Part shown: positions 44,901-51,400 of the stretch, one piece after another
Layout: each line of letters starts with the position of its first letter
How positions within the stretch are numbered: position 1 is the first letter of the stretch
Source: a virus
Taxonomy: Duplodnaviria > Heunggongvirae > Uroviricota > Caudoviricetes
Reading direction: 5' to 3' (one strand)
IMG/VR virus record: IMGVR_UViG_3300027744_000008
Length of the DNA stretch: 64,000 nt
The notes under the pieces: generated by a model
Seen by the model: the letters and a program-made list of their open reading frames with translations, nothing else
What the model was told of the DNA's origin: nothing
Database searches by the model: none
Translations under genes and position numbers: made by a program

Positions 44901-47102
44901 TCAGCTGCTATTGCTCTGAGTAACTTAGACGGTCTAGGATTTAAACGTGGTGTCACAGTCAGTGAATTCTCGACTGATAACACCTTTACTAATAATTCAT
45001 CCGACACTGTGCCTGTTCAAAGTGCCATTAGAGGATACATTGATCGTAGACTAGGTCTAACACATGCTGGCGGCTTTGTATCAAGTGTTAATCGTAGAGG
45101 TCCAGGTTACATGGCGCTAAATGGTGTACTGGCCATGAGCGGCAGTATGAACCTTGGCGGCAACAGTGTTCAAAATGTGGCCAACAGTGTTTTTAGAGTA
45201 AGCTCGGGAACTGACGCAGCCAACGTAGCCTATGTTGACGGTCGTGTTGGATCTTTTGAAACATTTAACCAAATGAGGGATGTTAAGTTTAGTTCGCTGG
45301 CCTCTGGGGATATTCCAGTTTACGATAATGATAACAGTGTTAGTCTTGCTGTCACAAGCAGCATCACCGGAACAGGTATAATTGGCACAGCAACATTTAG
45401 TGTTGCTCAAGTAAGTGCTCCGTTTGCTGTTGAATCATCTATAACAATTTCTGGAGTAACTGGTACAACAGCCTGGAATAATACTTGGGTTGTTATAACT
45501 TGTGATACTACCACAGTAACATTTGCTGCATCTGTTTCAGGTATAGGTGACGGTGGAACAATCAAACAACAGAGATGGAGAAATGTACCGCAACCTACAG
45601 GTGATGTTAATGTTACCTATGACTATGTAACTAAAACTTTAACTTCTACAATTCAAAGTGGAGTGATTGTTAATGCCGATGTTAATGCAAGTGCAGCCAT
45701 TGACCAAACTAAATTATCATTAGATAACGCTGTGGTCACTACTGCTGCAAGTATTGCAGTGACTGGTGCTGTCAGAGTCGGAACTGTTGCTACCTTAACA
45801 TTTGCAACACAAACTGTTGCTCCGTTTGCTGCCGGTGCAAGAATTGTAGTCAGCGGATTTAGTACAACTGCATACAACGGCACTGTTACTGTGTTAGGTG
45901 CACCTAATGCGCCAACAGTAACTACTGTATCATACACCATTGACGTTGCTGCTGTAACACCGGCTGTGTTGGGATCAGGTGCCGTGAAGGCATTAGGTGG
46001 TATTGCAAGTTTTAGCAGTAACAACTTTAGTGTAACCAATGGATTTTTAAGTTTCAAATCAGGTGGTATTTCTTACGCTAACATCCAAGACGTTACAGCC
46101 AACCGTATGCTGGGTAACTTAACTGCTAGTGCTGCTTCAATGTCTGAAGTTACTCCAGAAGCAATCCTTAAGAGATCATACTTTGATCTAGCAACTACCC
46201 AATCTGCAACTACTAGCACTGAATATGTGTATTCATTCACACTTGGTGCCAGCGAAGCTGCAAGTAGCTTTACCAAACTCGAAGCAAGTACAAGCGGTGC
46301 TGATAGCAGTCTTGTAAAAACTTCAGCAAGTGGTGTAATAGATGTCAAAGGACTATACATCGCCGGTGATGAAATTATTGCAGTTGTTGGTGATGTACTA
46401 ACCGTGACAACACCTGGCGGTTGGGATTTTATGAGCATCAGCGGAACTACCTCAGCCAGTGTGTTAACTGTGCCTGTTACCATTGATAACAGCGGCGGCA
46501 TTATGGTCACTACTGATTTAAGAGCAGACGCAGCTGGCAATGGCGCTACTGCTGCTAATCTTATCGGTACTTGGCAAGTTGGTGGCACTAGTAGCATTGA
46601 TCTTGCCAGCAACAATGGTACACTACTGACTAGAACACTAAACACCGGGGATGCTGCAACGACTGGTTCAGTCGAAGGTACTTGGACATTAACTATTGGT
46701 AGTCAATGGGAATCAACATTTGGTGCTGACTTAGCTGAATACTATCTAACCGATGCTGAGTACGAGCCAGGAACGGTGCTGGTATTTGGTGGTTCCGCAG
46801 AAGTTACTACTACTAGTATAGAAGCTGATGCCACAGTAGCAGGCGTAGTTTCAACCAAGGCACAACTTACAATGAATGGTAAGATAAAAAATCAAGGAGC
46901 AGTGTTAATGGCTCTAGTGGGTCGTGTGCCAGTTAAGGTAATAGGTCCAGTTAATAGAGGTGAGATGTTGACCACTAGTACAACTCCAGGGTATGCTTGT
47001 AGGGCTGCTAGTCCCACAATAGGTACTATCATAGGTAAGGCCATGGAAGCAAAGACTACTCCAGGTACGGGCATAATTGAAGTAGCAATAGGAAGACTAT
47101 AA
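35973..47102 (+). CDS. giant (~3709 aa) virion structural protein / long tail fibre with C-terminal intramolecular-chaperone-like domain
   Basis: N-terminal NDGTGDSIRESFRKVNENF baseplate-anchor motif; Thr/Gly/Ser-rich beta repeats; C-terminal GADLAEYY...EPGTVL...ALVGRVPVKV...GIIEVAI. Start set at the ATG at 35973. Confidence 0.8.
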   Translation: MTKQTVNIGVQGNDGTGDSIRESFRKVNENFTEIYAAFGLEGKIQFKKLGDVDPSLSIAGTFGSESILISNTAGNLLTAKSLNAGYGISIDIDNTAKTVTIRSNQSKLINDTYPTLGAPLNAATNTIGNLADPDETAVANFNTTHSQYGWTTTLAKLAVNRGYVDDNFIKLVDGRIVGPLRVRDEPIAPEADDADYDSTLSGNYLKSEAIQRQDAVYRGGDVMLGALTLADHPGSLAGIGKPKGDDDLQAATKFYVDNATMYSQVNLFVSTNGDDVQTLSPLGKEGRAWNYAYKTIGAAALAAENFMNLSNTEPGPYKQRIGYTTGVADQDLTFSKVTGYDYIGGNVGDADYVDAYTLLVQNKEFIQTEVVAYINNKYVNSIDFDATVFSQAIADIVSAAADDLVLDTNYRSAAKAASLVGINLTDQLTTTIDGIDYALSIIQGYQYNEINRKAKIAQTLDAIGWDILFASNYQSVRMGQSYFYAPGQTTTSGEFEQTVGALDFIRDTLVALPSLVGQSTAIVRMSDSIDVIKNILSNGALQAASLEMPVSGDSLSGSASVRDLLLGNISFIQAEVIGYLAVEYSSLSYNKTTYKRNIKLMIEAVVYDIVYGGNSASRYAGQQYYNGATGILQANEIVPFKDAIDYIALIAKDIVQNDTPATVYQQSFRQYTNISLTGGAARTTDIDNKFAVITTIINDGVTQGAVTLVNPTVTSASPTLLDAQTAIDDDSGDIQDLTITYINDTFAVINDNAAQSSIQTSFGIVTTTLTSGLAALPAITYTSPVNLAAGFTHARVLLSNNIEFIQEEIAGWITATNIDFYIANTAVDLKRELKYIVEALMFDITYGGNSAIVAATDQYIANESSQFSTNDLEIIIDAFDYANELSKKIIKNQQPDSHYAQVTAGSFEIGTTYTIIDLGSTTNGQWNTAAGTSTTVYSVGSTFVAAAVGTGTGTVSYQYKNASLSQGASAETKVNTLWSDLAGKVGDTAAISTTGPTYAGQEFDTSFLDARTLLLTQKSIIGVNAVTYLETTYAGGFQYAETTCFRDLGYLVQAAAFDILFDSNYQSINAGKSYYRNASAKAVAIGTQYEETLDAINYAKTVALAVLNQENIEIYQDAVNQYFNVALAPSETAIATISSNWTIVTDIIQYGLGASSASSPNLGSGLVEIKFDNGGNGFVDQGYPLNNELIAGKLLLGASSFANATVISYTPGSETGVNETDTIIARLNLPIDFIEADGGEELEFAESVKDLQITIFVESGIYYEDYPIRLAENVSIKGNDFRRTIIRPRDRVSQSVWARIFFYRDAVMDGMQIGYLDEDTDYATSVSATISDVLGTITITLTSGVVPGEWVGRVFKSGVGKAQIDSVANNYMNCTVIYPFAAAGEIISGSWSVYGPKNYGRHYLTDPFDITSTPKNNRDIDVFLCNNATRVNNLSGQGHGGFMMVLDPEGQILSKSPYGQVCSSFSGSINKQRWAGGQFVDGFAGRLKGQITALDDLQVASGSLLDGYLNVTITGYKNSGLDVRAPKTPCSFFWRGIRYQVNNILDYNSTTYTLQVELDKNTPYLVSTPVTTTETGNGGGGTLITLTYPVQVGSPYVKGSSVQLTGYSPIEYNSYFVVDSSSPTQTTLVKFAVGQAIRVVGTLLGDATGISAGTYYIIATNGSSTFTLSASNSGAALTTSGTTVTGLTFSLNIAGTFDTINSVAVTGVGGQFSCTTEIPTAGITIHGSINGTGYNPINIEMGGNRSMLANDFAMINDLGYAIVAGNAGLTEQVSTFTYYCYTHYWSFNGGQIRSVAGSNAHGVYGLRASGYDVTELPDQVVTAQNLVQVMKIYKKRLTVNSMESGDLEVYVSNYEYAPQNVSELEIDHTSSGGTITRYEVKTVSESGYTTDPTFNQPVYGVPVKTGTGPYYVTYTVPLQTQIAAAGSFVIGVTYTIVSVGTTVFTTVGAAPGDGVGDTFVATGTGTTATTGGTASYVRAPGIGVFYKISGNSNEEYNSNILCTASTTTSITLEYQTDPGTVGVTGFALLTIANYSPNVARATFALQASAPYNIGDTIYISGVSTEAWNNSYLVTDCGTTYVQFSSGVATTVPTSGYVTSTLLTGQKVLSLNFSTSGNDNTSTAGLAYTLFHEQTVSVRALQYIKFTGIANVNPTRPSTALQFNEKLSEIYRVISYGLTDSTGNQLVDGTAVLTTDTSFNYIKVYTDSANTVESDPNDTYEAVITATIDDGAGSAGTTMTVSARTSGIIRIGQIISGPVISIGDAVTFSGLLSGTGSIVGYTNPSTYYVASTNGSTTFVLSDTYQHALDNTDFITTTPGTIIAATSIVVTTTGGNVTLSNVETTGSSGEFECDNINTVAAGSIVLAQISGTSGDVGTYTVSISQLVSPAITISCGPKTLGSSIGDTKIAISPITDQTIADQLSKGIYITTLGGRVHRVTGYTITTGTVITLTGASGTGSICTLTFAEQAVAPFIVGDVIEVAYARPTAYNGTFVVTDCTTTSISFPGTATGILSLPISAILYGSGRPAYINIDPTPVKETAGNYDEGFAITSIALKTGAGPYYVKYNIPSQDWPIEVDTYFKISGNASTGYNGSHNVTAGVSLSTVSVSGDGTTVTITYAPQSSAPFAVDSIVTLSGVVNSAYNKSYTILTCNATTLTAASTVTGAASVQGILSQQSDSTVNTVTVAYVDDPGTWIDPQSITITSFASKSAGLGTTENVVFNIPYQAVITATIDDGAGLAGTIMTVSAVSSGVLAPGQTIGGAGVTADTTIVNQLTGTTGSTGTYTVSISQLLTPAVLDNVNANTIPTVGTSVYYTIYGNSNVDYNGLVNATTATINTITFNYPSDPGIYGGGTTKIISGSSVMRRPHTGIDKPLSADTSYTMRIGYPKNIGGQVTVKISTTRATGHDFLDIGTGGYNTTNYPNQIFGSPTISKTGIVGEVKEDGVGRVFHVSTDQDGIFRVGRFFTVDQGTGTVTFSAAIALSNLDGLGFKRGVTVSEFSTDNTFTNNSSDTVPVQSAIRGYIDRRLGLTHAGGFVSSVNRRGPGYMALNGVLAMSGSMNLGGNSVQNVANSVFRVSSGTDAANVAYVDGRVGSFETFNQMRDVKFSSLASGDIPVYDNDNSVSLAVTSSITGTGIIGTATFSVAQVSAPFAVESSITISGVTGTTAWNNTWVVITCDTTTVTFAASVSGIGDGGTIKQQRWRNVPQPTGDVNVTYDYVTKTLTSTIQSGVIVNADVNASAAIDQTKLSLDNAVVTTAASIAVTGAVRVGTVATLTFATQTVAPFAAGARIVVSGFSTTAYNGTVTVLGAPNAPTVTTVSYTIDVAAVTPAVLGSGAVKALGGIASFSSNNFSVTNGFLSFKSGGISYANIQDVTANRMLGNLTASAASMSEVTPEAILKRSYFDLATTQSATTSTEYVYSFTLGASEAASSFTKLEASTSGADSSLVKTSASGVIDVKGLYIAGDEIIAVVGDVLTVTTPGGWDFMSISGTTSASVLTVPVTIDNSGGIMVTTDLRADAAGNGATAANLIGTWQVGGTSSIDLASNNGTLLTRTLNTGDAATTGSVEGTWTLTIGSQWESTFGADLAEYYLTDAEYEPGTVLVFGGSAEVTTTSIEADATVAGVVSTKAQLTMNGKIKNQGAVLMALVGRVPVKVIGPVNRGEMLTTSTTPGYACRAASPTIGTIIGKAMEAKTTPGTGIIEVAIGRL
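42651..44213 (+). repeat. near-identical 48-bp intragenic direct repeat (42651-42698 / 44166-44213)
   Basis: attgatgacggtgctggc(ag/ct)tgctggtacta(c/t)tatgacagtctcagcc, 45/48 identical; encodes IDDGAGxAGTxMTVSA. Confidence 0.85.
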
Positions 47103-47410
47103 TGACACAAAAACAAATAAACATTGGTAGCAGTCCCAACAAAGGCGACGGTGATCCGTTACGTACAGCATTTGGTAAAATTAACGATAACTTCGACGAA
47201 CTATATTTACTCACTGGGGTAGTTAGTTTAACGGAGCTGGCACAAGACTATGCGGCAGAAATGTTAGTAAACGGAGTACATGCTGGTGTGAGTGTAGCAT
47301 ATAATGATACCAATAATACGTTAAATATTACAGTAGAACAAGATATCGATGGAGGTGCTTCCTCCACGTTTTTCGACGACGACTTAACCATAAACGGGGG
47401 CGGAGCATAA
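47102..47410 (+). CDS. short baseplate/fibre-anchor protein
   Basis: INIGSSPNKGDGDPLRTAFGKINDNFDELY N-terminal motif shared with 35973 and 56108. Confidence 0.7.
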   Translation: MTQKQINIGSSPNKGDGDPLRTAFGKINDNFDELYLLTGVVSLTELAQDYAAEMLVNGVHAGVSVAYNDTNNTLNITVEQDIDGGASSTFFDDDLTINGGGA

Positions 47411-47411
47411 C

Positions 47412-48419
47412 ATGGCACGTAGAATACAACTAAGACGCGACACAGCGGCAAACTGGGCTAGCACAAATCCAGCGCTGGCGCAGGGTGAAATAGGTATAGA
47501 CTTAACCAGTAGTAAGATTAAAATAGGTAACGGTACTACATTATGGAATGCACTTGCCTATTGGGATGACGCAGACATTAATATTCCAAATGGTCGTGCG
47601 AATGTAACCGGTACTGCTAATACGGTTGGCGGTGGTGCAACGGTCGGAGTACGTAGTATATTAGCAATTGACTCAGCATTTGGTAGCAATGACGTAAATG
47701 CTCCAGCAAGCGCACAAGCAATACGTGGTCGTGTTACAGGTAGCAATCTAACTAAAACACGTAATTATGTAGCCGGTGTAACCGGTCAATACTTAGTTAC
47801 TGGTACCAATGCAAGCGAATTTATTAACACTGGTTTACTTGGTGTCGTAGGAGACCAAACAACTACAGCAAATGCGGCTGTTGTTGCTTACTTAGACGGT
47901 GACGGTGGATTGACTACCGCTGGTTCAGCATATGGTGTCAGTATGAAAAACTCAACTCCTGGATCAGGATTTGATTACGGTCTTGATTTACAATTTATTG
48001 ATTTAAATGTAGCCGGAACAACTGCCCCATTCAAGCAAGCAGATATTCGTTTTAATAACGGAGCCTTACAAAGAGACACTGGCACAGTTTCATGTCCAGG
48101 CAACGCCAGTACTGTGGTTTACACAGCGTCAGGTCAAGGTCAACACACTATAAGATTATTGATACAGGTCGAAGGTAGCGAAGGTGCGCCAGAGGGATGG
48201 GACACACAAGCATGTGAAATGATCATAGCCAAAAGTTTTAGAACCGATGACGTAGCCGCAACAGTGTATGCTGTTGTACATACTAGTGCGGCACCATTGG
48301 CAACATTTACCGCACAGTGGAACGCACTGACCAGCAGAGTAGAAGTACTGTGCGCCACGCCCAGTGCCAACTCAGTATACGTTAGAACATTCGCAACAGA
48401 AATTACAACAGCAGATTAA
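47412..48419 (+). CDS. tail fibre/spike with Mtd_N (hyaluronidase N-terminal)-like domain
   Basis: RIQLRRDTAANWASTNPALAQGEIGIDL...KIKIGNGTTLWNAL.Y. Confidence 0.8.
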   Translation: MARRIQLRRDTAANWASTNPALAQGEIGIDLTSSKIKIGNGTTLWNALAYWDDADINIPNGRANVTGTANTVGGGATVGVRSILAIDSAFGSNDVNAPASAQAIRGRVTGSNLTKTRNYVAGVTGQYLVTGTNASEFINTGLLGVVGDQTTTANAAVVAYLDGDGGLTTAGSAYGVSMKNSTPGSGFDYGLDLQFIDLNVAGTTAPFKQADIRFNNGALQRDTGTVSCPGNASTVVYTASGQGQHTIRLLIQVEGSEGAPEGWDTQACEMIIAKSFRTDDVAATVYAVVHTSAAPLATFTAQWNALTSRVEVLCATPSANSVYVRTFATEITTAD

Positions 48420-48432
48420 GGAATAATATAAC

Positions 48433-51400
48433 ATGGCAAATAAACCTTTCGCAATACAAGGCTCCGACCTAACACTAGGCGGCGTTAACATACAAGCAGG
48501 TACTGACAGTATTGTTATTCCTGGCATTACACAAGTAACCAACTATGTCGTAGAAGAAGTTAATGAGAATGGCAGCAACCTCAGTCAAGACCTTGGCGAT
48601 AATGCTGGTGCTATTACTGTGATTGACAATGCTGAATACCTATATCTTGTCGATGACGGCGACTCTCCGAGTGCTGATTATGTTGCAGCCACTTACAGTG
48701 TTGATGAACTAGACGATGGCAATATTGAAGAGATCACAGTTGACACAGCGGGCGTGTTTTTGGCTGCTGACAAAAACCGTGTTGAAGCAGCCAACATGTG
48801 GGCTACCACAACGCCTACACCATTTGTGTCATTTAGCGCAGGCAACTGGACACAGATTCCTTTCCGTCCTAAGATGCGAGCAGGTGAGATTGAGAATGTT
48901 GGTGGTAATGCTGACACTGGAAACTTCTCATTCGACGAAGACACTATCACAAATAGCAATGGAATGACGCTGGTTACTGATAGAGGATCATTGGCCATGG
49001 GTACCAACATGGAAGTGCCAGGTGTAGCGGGACACTTCCACATTGCCTTTGACGGTAGTAACAGTAATCCGCCCGCTAGTGACCTGTTCCTAGGTGACGA
49101 CAACAACTATGTTAAATTACCTGGATATGAACTCAACCCCGCCACATATGGTGTGGAGATTGGCACAGACAATAGAAACTTTGGGCCACAGAATATTGAA
49201 GTTGGTACGGTAGATGAACTTGTGCCACCAGGTGGCGTTTGGCGGTTGTTTATTGATCACGAAGATTATCCCAACTTGGGAGCTTCTGTCAGCGTAGGTG
49301 ACACAGTGACCACCTCATGGGGAACACCCATAACTGCTACAATCACAGACGTTGTTGAAGAACCTGGTAATTGGTGGAAAATTCATGTTGCTCAAGATAT
49401 TACCGCTGGATTCAGTGGTGGTGACACAGTTTCATTTGGTACATCGGGCGGCAGTCATACTTGGCGATTTGGCACAGATGGCACACTGACATTGCCACAA
49501 GGTGGCACTATTAGTGAAACGGAAGTCAACAGCAGCCACAGTATTTTATTAACACCAAGTGCTCCTTCATACGCCAATCCAGATATGGCGGTGAAAATAT
49601 ATCCAACATTCAACGACGACGATCATATACACATCACCGCGGGAGATCCTACCACAGTTGATCTATATCTAGGTGATGATGACCAGTATGTTAAGATTGA
49701 GAAAAACGGTGGTGACGTTGTCATTGGTACTAACACAAATACCAATCATTGGACATTTGATACCAGTGGTGCGTTGACACTACCTCAAGGTGGTGTTATT
49801 GATGAAACGCCCGCTGTCGAAACACTTACTCTTGTTGGTGCTAACCTAGCCGTGGTAAATCAAACCTACACCAAAACTAGCCTCACACTTTATACAGGTA
49901 GTGATGGTGTAACTATTGAAGAAATCAGTCCTGGGATTTGGTTTATTATTCAAGGTGGTGATACAAAATACTCATCAGCTGATGACCTAATTACTTGGAG
50001 TGATAGCACAGGTGGACTACCTGTGCCTACTGGCACAATTAACACACTACCTGAAACTGTTAATATCACAGTTGGCACCGAAACATGGACATTTGGCACA
50101 GATGGTAGTTTAACATTACCAGAAGGTGGTGACATTGTTGACAGCTCAGGCACTACAGTGTTGGGTGGTAATGGATCACTCACATCCACCAGCAGTATTG
50201 CTGTTCAAACTGGCGATACAGATCGTTGGTTAGTGCGACTGCGTAGAGAAGGCAGTGAGCAGGACCCCAGTGGCGGTGACGGTGTCGCAGTCTACAGCAC
50301 CAACTACGACAGCGAGGGCAATGCCATTGTGGTTGCTCGAATTTATCTCAGCGATGGTGGTGATGGTGATGGCATAGTGGTTGCCAAGTTCACATCAGCA
50401 GGTGTGTTGGTGTGGAAGAAAAGCATAGGTGACGTTGACGATAGCTTCTATCCAGAAAGCAATGCTGTGATTGACAGCAGTGACAACATCCTGCTGGCAG
50501 TGAATCCAGATAGCTCACAAGCCAAAATCATTGTCAAAATCAACGGTGATACCGGCGCTGTGGTATTCAGTGAAGAATTAGCATTGACCAGCTCGTTCAA
50601 TATCCGAGCCATGGCAGTTGACGGCAGCAACAACATCATCATTGGTGGTGACTTTGATTTATCTGGCAACACCACAGCGTTCGTGGCCAAGCTGACACCC
50701 ACTGCCAACACAATCACTTGGCAAAAGAGCCTAACTAATTTTAGCGATTCTTATGGCGATCGACAATCAACCATTTTCTCAGTGGCGGTGGATTTCAACA
50801 ACGACATCATTGCGGTGGGCTCAGCTGATCGTAGCATCACCGGAGTCCCAGGCTTGACCGAAACAATGTCAGTGGTCAAGATCACTTCAGCAGGTGGATC
50901 AAGTTGGGGAAAGTCAGTGCTGCTTGAGGGCGATACACCGTTTGGTGAAGCTTGGAATCTAAGTCTTGACAGTGTGGGCAACATCTATGTTGCTGGAACT
51001 TACTATGTTGACAACGCAGAAGCAACAGGAAATCCAGGGTATTCAGGCCTGAAAAGCAATGCTGTGGTCCTATTCAAGATGACCACTTTGGGTGTGATAT
51101 CTTGGGATCGCAGAGTTGGACCTGGCCAGTGTGATTGGGTTGGTGTCAGCACCGCAGTGGGTGACGATGGCGACTTATACCTGTTGGCCAGCACTTATCA
51201 ACTGAACCCAGCAGGTGGCGCGGACGAGACATTGGGAATTTGGAATTCTACTCTGGCTCTGGCCCGATACAACAAGACCACAGGTGCTGTGATCTGGCAA
51301 AGTTATTTTGACAATCCTCAGGCTCAAGAAATGGCAGGTAGTTCTAATGATGGACCTTGGGGCGATACCAGCACAGACCTAATGGCAGTGCGGGGTGACA

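Noticed and set aside
42651-47500. Diversity-generating retroelement (Mtd-like genes plus a near-identical repeat pair)
   Set aside because: There is no reverse transcriptase in the window. Both repeat copies are in frame mid-gene, and the three mismatches (a/c, g/t, c/t) are not adenine-specific.
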